From an uncultured Dehalococcoidia bacterium (GTDB taxonomy: Bacteria; Chloroflexota; Dehalococcoidia; Lucifugimonadales; Australimonadaceae): a stretch of 64,000 bases of DNA. A program made the translations under genes and the position numbers. Positions within the stretch are counted from its first letter, which is position 1; each line of letters opens with the position of its first letter. The DNA lies in NCBI GenBank assembly GCA_964560025.1, contig CAZLKC010000002.1:11602-75601 (forward strand). Reading direction: 5' to 3'. This document shows, piece by piece, positions 16,919 to 24,925 of the stretch. The notes under the pieces are model-generated. The model was not told the DNA's origin. It made no database searches and saw only the letters and a list, made by a program, of their open reading frames with translations.

Positions 16919-17803
16919 CTAGTAGTTTGTCCAGAGCGCCTCTTGGCGCTCCTTCTTGATGGAGTGGGTGAGCTTGACCGGAGACAAGTGGAGGTTCCAG
17001 TCGGCGTAGAGTCGGTCGAGGAGGCCGCAGCGGTAGCCGGAGAGCGCCACCTTGCCTTTGACTTGCCGCAGCAACTCGGCCAGCTGCTCATGGTCGGCGT
17101 CGGTCATCTCGAAGCCGTAGGCTTTGCCGTCGCCGCGGCTGTCGTGCGGATAGGGAGGGTCGCAGTAGAAGAGCGTCTGCTCGTCGTCGTACAACCTGAT
17201 TACGTCCGCGGCGGGGCGGTTCTCGATCTGCACTCTGAGCAGCCTAAGTGCGACCTCCGGGAAAGCCTCGATGCTCCCGAGCCACCTGGAGACGACGCCC
17301 GACATCCCCGCGCGGCTAGTCTTCTTGCAGTTGGCCCATCTGCCCAGGGTGGCGGTCTGCGCCAGGCCCGTCCGCGCCTGCCTAGCGCGGACGAAGAAGC
17401 GGCGAGCCCTTTCGAGAGGAGAGGCGTCGTCGTCATCCCCGGCGACCGCGATGAAGTACTCCTCCCGGGCGAAGGGAGTGAGGGCGACCATCTCTATCAG
17501 TTCGTCGCGCTGCTCGCGCAGCACGCGGAAGAAGTTCACCAGGTCGCCGTCGATGTCGTTGTAGGTTTCCACTGGCGCGGGGTCCCTGTTGAGCAGCACG
17601 GCGGCTGAGCCGCCGAAGGGTTCGCAGTAGTGGTGCGCTTCGGGCAAGAGGGGCAGCATCCAGTCTAGGTGGCTGAATTTCCCGCCGTACCAGCCGAACG
17701 CGAGCATCTTGCGGCCTCGCTGCCTTACGATGTCGCCCGGCGCGATGCCGTTGGACTTCATGACCTCGGCGTCGAGGAACAACTTGGAGGGCGCTGACGC
17801 CAT
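16919..17803 (-). CDS. N6-adenine DNA methyltransferase, Dam/D12 class
   Basis: FGWYGGKFSHL (AdoMet region), EPFGGSAAV (motif I), FYCDPPYPH (DPPY motif IV). True start may be an internal ATG (17761 or 17707). Confidence 0.85.
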   Translation of the reverse strand: MASAPSKLFLDAEVMKSNGIAPGDIVRQRGRKMLAFGWYGGKFSHLDWMLPLLPEAHHYCEPFGGSAAVLLNRDPAPVETYNDIDGDLVNFFRVLREQRDELIEMVALTPFAREEYFIAVAGDDDDASPLERARRFFVRARQARTGLAQTATLGRWANCKKTSRAGMSGVVSRWLGSIEAFPEVALRLLRVQIENRPAADVIRLYDDEQTLFYCDPPYPHDSRGDGKAYGFEMTDADHEQLAELLRQVKGKVALSGYRCGLLDRLYADWNLHLSPVKLTHSIKKERQEALWTNY

Positions 17804-17896
17804 AAGGCTCTCTCCCCGGCAGGATGGGCAATTCTTCTAGTCCCGACGAGGCGCCTGTCAACCCCCGCCCGTCCCGCCGGGCTGTACACTCTCGCC

Positions 17897-19603
17897 ATGG
17901 CTGCCGCCGCCCGCATCCCCGCCCTTGCTCGGATTGCGCCTACGGGCAGGGGTGCGCTGCGGGCGAGCGCCGTCTTGGGGCTGCTGCTGCTGGTGGGGAT
18001 TCCGCTGCTTCTGCTCATCTTCTCGTCGGTGCGTGGGCCGCAAGGGACACTGCCCTTCCAGAGCGCGGCCTACTTCACGGCGGACAACTTCGCGCAGGCG
18101 CTGACCCACCGCGACCTGCTGCCCACGCTGCGGGACACCGGCTTCTACGTGGGAGGAGCCGTCGTGCTGTCGCTGCTCATCGCGTTTCCGCTGGCGTGGC
18201 TCGCCGAGCGCGCCGACCTGCCCTTCTCCAACGCGCTGTTCGTGCTGGTGCTCGTGCCGTTCCTGCTGCCGCAGGGGACGCTGGTGGGCGCGTGGGCGGG
18301 CTACTTGATGCCGCGCACGGGCGAGTTGAACGTGTGGCTGCGCGGCATGCTCGACTTGCCCATCGACCGCGGGCCGTTCGATCCGTACAACTTGCCGACG
18401 ATGGTTCTGGCGCAGGGGCTCGTGCTGACGCCGGTGGTGTTCCTAGTGCTGGCCGCCACGCTGCGCAACCTGGACGGCGTGATGGAGGAGGCGAGCCGCG
18501 CGGCGGGCGCCAGCGCGCTGACAACGGCGCGGCGCGTTACGTTGCCCCTGGTGTTCCCCGGCGTGTTCACCGCCGCCGTGCTGGCCGCGTGGCTGACGCT
18601 CGACTCCACCACGGTTCCCTTCATTTTTGGTGGGCAGGCGGAAGCGTCGCTGCTGAACTTCCGCATCTGGGCGGCGCTGAATCCGCCCGACCAATCATTC
18701 TCGGGGTTCGGCCTCGCGTCGGCCTTCGCGCTGCTGGCGATGGGACTGCTGGGTTTGCTGTTCGGCCTGTACGCCTTCACGACGCGGCGCGTCGAGCGGT
18801 TCGCGACGGTTACGGGCCGCAGCGCGCGCTCTCACCGCGCCGAGTTGGGCTACTGGTCGATTCCCGCCGCCGCCTTCGTGCTCGCCTACCTCGCGCTGAT
18901 GTGGGGGTTGCCGGGCTACCGCCTGGTGCGAGGGAGCCTGGTTGCAGGCCTCTCCGGCTACTGGGCGCAGTTGACCAACCCGCGCTTCCTCGACGCGCTG
19001 TTCAACAGCGCGGTGATGTCCATCGGCAGCGCCACCATCGGGACGATCGTGGTGGTGCTGGTCGCGTGGGTGGTGGTGCGCTCGCGGGCGGGGCTGTGGC
19101 GGACGGGTCTCGACCTGCTGGCGACGGCGTCGCTGGTGATTCCCGCCGCCGTGGCGGGCGTGGCTTTTCTGATGGCCTTTCTGATGGCGCGCGAGCTGAG
19201 CCTGTACGGTTCACTGGTGGGCGTCACCTACGCGCTGGCCTACCGCGTGGCCATCCCATACCGCATCGCCAACGCGTCGATGCGGCAGCTAGGGAGGGAG
19301 ATGGAGGAGGCGTCGGCGACAAGCGGAGCGTCGCCCTTCACGACGCTGCGGCGAGTAACTTTCCCGCTGCTCGCGCCCGCAGTGTCCATCTCGTGGATAT
19401 TCTTCTTCGTGTTCGCGGTGCGCGAATCGACCATCGTGCGCTACTTGGGCTTCTTGGAGCCGACCATCGGGGCGGGATCGAGGTTCGTGCGGGGCGGGCC
19501 CCCAGGCTCGGCGTCGGCGGGGACGGTGCTCACCTTCCTGTTCATCCTCGGCACGATCCTGCTGGTGCGCTGGCTGCTGTTCCGATGGGGACGGCTGCGG
19601 TAG
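17897..19603 (+). CDS. ABC importer permease, fused double-domain (FbpB-like)
   Basis: 568 aa, about 12 hydrophobic segments. Two EAA-like loops (MEEASRAAGASALTTARRVTLPL and MEEASATSGASPFTTLRRVTFPL). Confidence 0.85.
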   Translation: MAAAARIPALARIAPTGRGALRASAVLGLLLLVGIPLLLLIFSSVRGPQGTLPFQSAAYFTADNFAQALTHRDLLPTLRDTGFYVGGAVVLSLLIAFPLAWLAERADLPFSNALFVLVLVPFLLPQGTLVGAWAGYLMPRTGELNVWLRGMLDLPIDRGPFDPYNLPTMVLAQGLVLTPVVFLVLAATLRNLDGVMEEASRAAGASALTTARRVTLPLVFPGVFTAAVLAAWLTLDSTTVPFIFGGQAEASLLNFRIWAALNPPDQSFSGFGLASAFALLAMGLLGLLFGLYAFTTRRVERFATVTGRSARSHRAELGYWSIPAAAFVLAYLALMWGLPGYRLVRGSLVAGLSGYWAQLTNPRFLDALFNSAVMSIGSATIGTIVVVLVAWVVVRSRAGLWRTGLDLLATASLVIPAAVAGVAFLMAFLMARELSLYGSLVGVTYALAYRVAIPYRIANASMRQLGREMEEASATSGASPFTTLRRVTFPLLAPAVSISWIFFFVFAVRESTIVRYLGFLEPTIGAGSRFVRGGPPGSASAGTVLTFLFILGTILLVRWLLFRWGRLR

Positions 19604-19619
19604 GGAGAGGCGAGAGCGC

Positions 19620-20140
19620 TCAATCTAGCAGGGGCGCGATGTGTCGCTCGAAGTGGTCAATGAGAGGCGCGTAGTCATTTATGTCTTGCCAGAGGAACAG
19701 ATGGGGCTCGACGCCAAGGAACCAATGTTTGATTTCTTGCACGTAACGCGGGTCGGTGGCGATGCCATTCGTGAATATCCACCAGAAGGGAATAACCGAG
19801 GAAGGCTGGTTTGCGATTGCTTGAGCCGACGAGATGATTCCCGGAGCGAAATACTTGCACGCGCGCTCGTGGGCATTGCCCGTTGCCGCTTCACCTCTAC
19901 GTAGATGGCTCGCCCCGTGGCCCTGTTTCGTATCACGGCCTCAGGGACGATGCCGTGTGAGCGCCCACCGGGCAGCGCACCGTAGATTCCCCTAAGGTCG
20001 CTTGGCTTGGATTCGTATTCGTGGGCCGTGTCGATTACGTACTCCCGCATGATGGCGTCGAACGACCACTCGGCCTGGCCGCCCCGGTCGGCAGCTTCCC
20101 GCTGCCAGTTGTCCCTGCGTTCCAAGTGCTCACGTCCCAC
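19620..20140 (-). pseudogene. MunI/EcoRI-family type II restriction endonuclease, disrupted by a frameshift near 19886
   Basis: Frame 1 gives MGREHLERRDNWQ...GIVPEAVIRNRATGRAIYVEVKRQ. After about 19886 the protein-like reading moves to another frame: ATGNAHERACKYFAPGII...PFWWIFTNGIATDPRYVQEIKHWF...HFERHIAPLLD*. Confidence 0.7.
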
Positions 20141-20145
20141 CTATC

Positions 20146-20859
20146 TCACCTCCAAAGCGTAGCAGGTTCCTCATCGTGCGCCAGATCAGGCATGGGCGTT
20201 TCATCTACATCCAGCCCCCACGCCTCCCAGCCGGGGGCGCGGCGGCGCGCGAAGAGTTCGATTTTCGCCTGTTGCGGGAACATGCGCTCGATGCGGCGGC
20301 GCGCCTCCTCCGGCTTGGCGGAGTGGGTGCCGCGCCGCGCGGTGATGAGCTGGCGCTCGTTGCGCGAGCCGCGCGGATGCGGGATGCGCCCCCGCTTGAA
20401 GACGAGGCACAGCTCGCACTGGCTGAGCGTGTAGAAGCCGGGGTTTACGCGCGCCTTGTCCCACACGAAGGCGACGGTCGCCCACGCGAACCCCCACGCC
20501 TTGCCCAGGTCGATGGCCTGGTCGAGGTGCGGGTTGGTCGCCCACATGAAGAGCAGGCTGTCGGGAGCGGCGATGCTCCCCACGTCGAGGCGCTTGAGGT
20601 CGTCCAGCGTAACGGTCGGGTAGTGGCGCGCAGCGCCGCCCGTGTCGGCGCTGCCCGCACCCGCGTGCTGCAGCTGCCCCTTGTAGTCCCACGGCGGGTC
20701 GGCGTAGATGACGGCGTAAGTCGCGGACGGCAGCGGCGGGAAGCGCACGAAGTCGCCGAGGCTGTCGGCGGGAGCGCGCCCGTTGAAGGAGGGCTCGGCG
20801 CCGAGCGCCCACGCCAACTGGTCTCCCGCCTCCGCGCCGTTCACGTCCGCTCGTCGCAC
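20146..20859 (-). CDS. MT-A70-family N6-adenine DNA methyltransferase
   Basis: 237 aa. YADPPWDY (DPPW motif), LFMWATN, SAKPEE, typical of the MT-A70 family. Directly upstream of the broken endonuclease. Confidence 0.85.
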   Translation of the reverse strand: MRRADVNGAEAGDQLAWALGAEPSFNGRAPADSLGDFVRFPPLPSATYAVIYADPPWDYKGQLQHAGAGSADTGGAARHYPTVTLDDLKRLDVGSIAAPDSLLFMWATNPHLDQAIDLGKAWGFAWATVAFVWDKARVNPGFYTLSQCELCLVFKRGRIPHPRGSRNERQLITARRGTHSAKPEEARRRIERMFPQQAKIELFARRRAPGWEAWGLDVDETPMPDLAHDEEPATLWR

Positions 20860-20863
20860 GGCA

Positions 20864-22288
20864 TCAGCCTGCGGCGGTCTCGGCGGGGGGAGCGTCGAGG
20901 CGCGTGTCGGGGGCGACGTCCGTTGCCTCGCCCCGGGCCGAGGCCGCCCGCCACTCGTCCGCCGTGCGCAAGGGCGGCGCCTTCACTGTGCCGTGGGCGC
21001 CCCCGAGGCGCCGGAAGTCGCGCGAGCGGCGCGCGAGGTGGCGGCGGAAGTAGATCAGCCCCGCGTCCATCGGCCCCAGTTTCTGCGGCAGGTCGAAGCG
21101 GAGGCGGTCCTTCTTGAAGGTGGCCAAGTCCTCCTGCTCGTTGGTGGCGACGACGATGCTGGGCTTGCGCCACAGGTAGTACCAGACGTTCTGCCAGAGG
21201 CGTCCGGGGCGCGTGCGCGGCCGCACGCAGATGGTGTACGTCCATACGCGCGTCGTGTCCGCCGTGACCGGCACCATCCACCGCAGGTGGACGCTCTCCG
21301 CTTGCACGACGGCGCGGCTCTTGCTGGGCAACTCGACGCTGTGGTCGAAGGCCTGGCCGGTGAGCATCGAGGCACGGTCGCCGCGCAGACTTGCGCCGTT
21401 GGCGTTCGCCGGAGGGCGGCGGCGGGGCGGCTTGAGGCGCCGCCACCAGACGCGCGCGGGCCAGTGCGCGTTCACGCCGGGGTGGAAGCCCTGGCCGAAC
21501 ACCGGAGCCTTCGCCTTGGTTACAAAGAAGGAGTCCTCCTCGTGGGTGATCTCCACGCCGCCGTAGTAGGCCAGTTTGGGGCGGAAGAAGCCGAGGTGCT
21601 TGTTGAAAGTGCGGAAGAGGTTCATCAGCCCGCGCGCCCACAGCGGCTCCTGCGGGAACATGGGGCGCCACGCGAAGTGCATCCGGTGCAGGTAGCCTTC
21701 GTGGAAGTCCACGCCCTGCGCGATAGGCTCGACCCAGTTGGTCTCCCACTCCTTCACGCGCACGTAGGGATGCGCGCGCGGCAGCAGCAACTCGCCCGGC
21801 AGGTCGTCCTCCAGCGGGACGGGGTCGGTCTCGCCCATCCACACGTAGACGACGCCTCCGTGCTCCTGGGTGGGGTAGGCGCGGGCGCGCATCTTAGGGA
21901 CGACGGGCGACTCGGGGTGGTCGATGAGGCCCGCGACGCACTGGCCGGAGCCGTCGAAGGTGTAGCCGTGGTAGGGGCAGGTGATCGTGCCGGGGAACTC
22001 CACCACGCCCAGGGAGAGACGGGCGTTGCGGTGGGGGCACCAGTCGGTCAGCGCCGCCGCCGAGCCGTCGCGGTTGCGGAAGAAGACGACGTCCTCGTCC
22101 AGCAGCCGCACGAGCTTGGGGCGGCCTTTGGGGACCTCCTTCGTCCACAGGGCGGGGTACCAGTACTCGCGGAAGCCCAGCTTGGGCACGTAGTCGAACG
22201 GGCCGATGCCCGACGAGCCGTGCGCCTCCTGCGCCGCCGCGTCCGCCTGGTGGACGCGCTGCGGACTCTCGCCGTAGGAGCGTGCCAT
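20864..22288 (-). CDS. Rieske [2Fe-2S] domain oxygenase
   Basis: CPHRNARL ... CPYHGYTF Rieske motif. Start moved to ATG 22288, preceded by GGAGGGAGG. Confidence 0.85.
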   Translation of the reverse strand: MARSYGESPQRVHQADAAAQEAHGSSGIGPFDYVPKLGFREYWYPALWTKEVPKGRPKLVRLLDEDVVFFRNRDGSAAALTDWCPHRNARLSLGVVEFPGTITCPYHGYTFDGSGQCVAGLIDHPESPVVPKMRARAYPTQEHGGVVYVWMGETDPVPLEDDLPGELLLPRAHPYVRVKEWETNWVEPIAQGVDFHEGYLHRMHFAWRPMFPQEPLWARGLMNLFRTFNKHLGFFRPKLAYYGGVEITHEEDSFFVTKAKAPVFGQGFHPGVNAHWPARVWWRRLKPPRRRPPANANGASLRGDRASMLTGQAFDHSVELPSKSRAVVQAESVHLRWMVPVTADTTRVWTYTICVRPRTRPGRLWQNVWYYLWRKPSIVVATNEQEDLATFKKDRLRFDLPQKLGPMDAGLIYFRRHLARRSRDFRRLGGAHGTVKAPPLRTADEWRAASARGEATDVAPDTRLDAPPAETAAG

Positions 22289-22367
22289 AGCCTCGCCTCC
22301 CTCCGCCTGCGTCTGGACGCGAATCGTAGCCCGCGCCACGGCGCCGGTCAAACGCGCCCGCGCGCCG

Positions 22368-23144
22368 CTACGCTCCCATCACGTGATAGCCCGCGTCCAC
22401 GTAGACGACCGAGCCGGTTACGCCGGAGGCCAGCTCGCTGGCGAGGAAGAGCGCGACGGCGCCGACCTCCTCCTGCGTTACGTTGCGCTTGAGGGGCGCG
22501 CGCTCGGCGTGAACGCGCTGCATCTCGGTGAAGCCGCCGATGCCCCGCGCCGCCAGCGTGTTCAGCGGCCCGGCGGAGACGGCGTTGACGCGCACGCCGC
22601 GTTCGCCCAGCTCGGAGGCGAGGTAGCGCACGGATGCCTCCAGCGCCGACTTGGCCACGCCCATCACGTTGTAGCCGGGGTACACCTTCTCGCCGCCATG
22701 GAAGGTCAGCGTGACGATGCTGCCTCCCTCCGTCATCCGCGCTGCCGCCGCCCTGGCGACGGGCAGCAGCGAGTAGGCGCTCACCTCCAATGCCGTCCGG
22801 AAGCCCTCCACGCCCGTCGCCCCGAAGGCGCCGGGCGCCAGGTCTTCGCGGTTGGCGAAGGCGATGCTGTGCGCCACGGCGCGCAGAGGCGCCGCGGCCG
22901 CCGCCGCCTCAACCGCCGTCTCGACGCTCGCCTCGTCCAGCACGTCGCACTCGACGGCGCGGGCGCGCTCCAAGCCTTCGACGAGCGCCGCCGCGCCGCG
23001 CGCCATGCGCTCGTTCTGGTAGGTGATGGTGAGGTCGGCGCCGGCTGCGTGGAGGCGCTCGGCGATTGCCCACGCGATGCTGCGGTGGTTGGCGACGCCG
23101 AACACCAGCGCCGCCGCGCCGCTCAGGTCGATGGCGACGCTCAC
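22368..23144 (-). CDS. fabI: Enoyl-[acyl-carrier-protein] reductase (NADH)
   Basis: 258 aa. VFGVANHRSIAWAIA, YNVMGVAKSALE (Y-x6-K), SAGPLNTLAA. Confidence 0.9.
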   Translation of the reverse strand: MSVAIDLSGAAALVFGVANHRSIAWAIAERLHAAGADLTITYQNERMARGAAALVEGLERARAVECDVLDEASVETAVEAAAAAAPLRAVAHSIAFANREDLAPGAFGATGVEGFRTALEVSAYSLLPVARAAAARMTEGGSIVTLTFHGGEKVYPGYNVMGVAKSALEASVRYLASELGERGVRVNAVSAGPLNTLAARGIGGFTEMQRVHAERAPLKRNVTQEEVGAVALFLASELASGVTGSVVYVDAGYHVMGA

Positions 23145-23147
23145 AGC

Positions 23148-23690
23148 CTACGCCGCCCCCGCCGCCATCCTGTCCAACTCGCAGGCGAAAGCCTCGTCCG
23201 CCGCCGGACGCGGCGCGGAGGCCTGCTTGCGCGGGGAGCGCCTGGCGCGCCGCATCTCCGCCTCGAGCATCAGGAAGTCGGCCTTAGGCACGAGGTGCAG
23301 CAGGCCCTGGAAGGCGAGGGGCCAGCGCTCCGCTGTCCACTTGCGCACGTACTCCATACGCGGCGCGAGCATGCGCGCGTCGAGGCGCTCCTCGGGGCGC
23401 AGCGCGACATCCGCCTTGACGGGGACGCGCCAGGGATAGGCCTCGCCGCTCGGCTCCGGCGGGAACAGGGGCGAGTCCTCTTCGTAGCAAGCACCCGCGA
23501 CCGTGAGCGCCGCCGAAAAGACGAGATCGCCCGCGATGAAGACGAGGATGCGGTCGCCGGGCTCCATGCGCTGGGCGCGCTTCTTGTGCGTCCTGCTCAG
23601 GCCTACGACGCCGAACCCGCCCTCTTCCAGCGTTCCGAAGTAGCCGGGGCTGACGGCGATCATCCAGTAGTTGCGTGGTGCGGATGGCAT
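23148..23690 (-). CDS. EVE/PUA-like domain protein
   Basis: 180 aa. NYWMIAVSP..., MEPGDRILVF, YPWRVPVK resemble EVE-domain proteins. Stop is 4 nt from the fabI start. Confidence 0.55.
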   Translation of the reverse strand: MPSAPRNYWMIAVSPGYFGTLEEGGFGVVGLSRTHKKRAQRMEPGDRILVFIAGDLVFSAALTVAGACYEEDSPLFPPEPSGEAYPWRVPVKADVALRPEERLDARMLAPRMEYVRKWTAERWPLAFQGLLHLVPKADFLMLEAEMRRARRSPRKQASAPRPAADEAFACELDRMAAGAA

Positions 23691-23775
23691 AACGCCATTC
23701 TACCAAGAGGAAGAAGTCTCGGGGCGCGTCCCCAGACCCCCGTGAGAGGGGCCGCCGCCGTGCTACGATGCGCAT

Positions 23776-24873
23776 ATGGTTCTTCAGGCCGAGATCCGAG
23801 CGGGGCATCCCTACCACATGTACGACGCCGTCCTGGCGCAGCCGGACGTGATCGAGCGCGTCTTGCTGGCCGAGGCGGACGCCACCGCCGAAATCGCCCG
23901 CGCCGCCGCGCTGGCGCGCGCCGTCCACGTCGTGGGGATTGGCACGTCATGGCACGCCGCTCTTGTGGGCGAGCGCCTGCTGCGCTCCGTCGGCGGCCAT
24001 CCCGGCGCCCGTGCGTGGAACTCCTTCGAGTTCAGCCTCGCCCCGCCGCCTCTTTCCGAGAGCGACCTGGTCGTCCTGATGAGTCACCGGGGAACCAAGC
24101 GCTACTCAGCGGAGGCGTTGGCGCTCTCCCGCGCCCGAGGCGCGCGGACGGCGGTGGTGACTGCCATAGAATCGGCCATCGGCGACGGCGATGCCGACCA
24201 CGTCGTCCGCACCTGCCGACCGGAGCGTTCCGCCGCCTTCACCGTGAGCCACGCGACGGCGCTCACGGCGCTGGCGATGATCGCTATGCGCGTCGGCGAG
24301 GCCAACGGCGTTGCGGAGGCGTCTGCGCTGGCCGGGGCGGTGGAGCAGCTCCACGTGCTGACGGAGTGGGGGCTGGCGACCGAACCGGTCGTGCGCCGGT
24401 TGACGGAGCGGGTAGATCCCGCCGCCTTCTTTGTCTTCGCGGGGGCGGGGGCGAACGGCGCGACGGCGATGGAGGCGGCCTTGAAGATGAGCGAGGCCAA
24501 CTACGCCCGCGCCGTCGGCTACGACCTCGAGCAGTTCCTTCACGGCCCGTTCGTCGCCGTCGACCACGCCGCCGTCGTTACGCTCATCGCCGCCGGGGCG
24601 GCCCGCGACCGCGCTCTCGATATCGCCGCCGCGGCGCGCGCAGCGGGCGCCTACGTGGTCGTGCTCGCGCCGGAGGGCGACCGCCAAGCGCTCGCCCGCG
24701 CAGACGCGCCCATCGCCATGCCGGAGGTTCCGGAGGCGCTGACGCCCATCGTCTACCTCGGCCCGCTCCAGCTGACGGCCTACTGGCTGGCGGCGCGGCG
24801 CGGCGTCAATCCCGACCGCTTCCGCCTGGACGACCCCGCCCACCTAGCCGCCCGCGAGCACTACTCCCTCTAG
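23776..24873 (+). CDS. SIS-domain sugar-phosphate isomerase/aminotransferase-like protein (GlmS C-terminal / FrlB-like)
   Basis: 365 aa, two SIS repeats (VHVVGIGTSWHAA ... FVFAGAGANGATAMEAALKMSE). Confidence 0.8.
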   Translation: MVLQAEIRAGHPYHMYDAVLAQPDVIERVLLAEADATAEIARAAALARAVHVVGIGTSWHAALVGERLLRSVGGHPGARAWNSFEFSLAPPPLSESDLVVLMSHRGTKRYSAEALALSRARGARTAVVTAIESAIGDGDADHVVRTCRPERSAAFTVSHATALTALAMIAMRVGEANGVAEASALAGAVEQLHVLTEWGLATEPVVRRLTERVDPAAFFVFAGAGANGATAMEAALKMSEANYARAVGYDLEQFLHGPFVAVDHAAVVTLIAAGAARDRALDIAAAARAAGAYVVVLAPEGDRQALARADAPIAMPEVPEALTPIVYLGPLQLTAYWLAARRGVNPDRFRLDDPAHLAAREHYSL

Positions 24874-24925
24874 CAGCCTCCTCAAGATATGGGAGCGTGG
24901 GGGCGCGCCCTCCAGACCTCTTCTC

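Noticed and set aside
19641-19904. Plus-strand ORF (87 aa) and minus-strand ORF 19675-19860 overlapping the 3' half of the endonuclease locus.
   Set aside because: The third minus-strand frame gives a far more protein-like, family-consistent sequence (GNAHERACKY…PFWWIF…). The other two are by-products of the frameshifted gene.
13138-20859. Mobile-element machinery (integrase, transposase, IS ends) flanking the low-GC patches at 13-21 kb, 41 kb and 58.5-59.9 kb.
   Set aside because: No ORF in or beside these patches has DDE transposase, tyrosine or serine recombinase hallmarks. I found no terminal inverted repeats. They are reported only as compositional islands.
20864-22351. In-frame TGA (selenocysteine) candidates, prompted by the presence of selB. 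I checked the Rieske oxygenase, the oxidoreductases and gene pairs separated by short gaps.
   Set aside because: All called genes are continuous ORFs with ordinary stops. No two adjacent same-frame ORFs would fuse through a single TGA into a known selenoprotein family.
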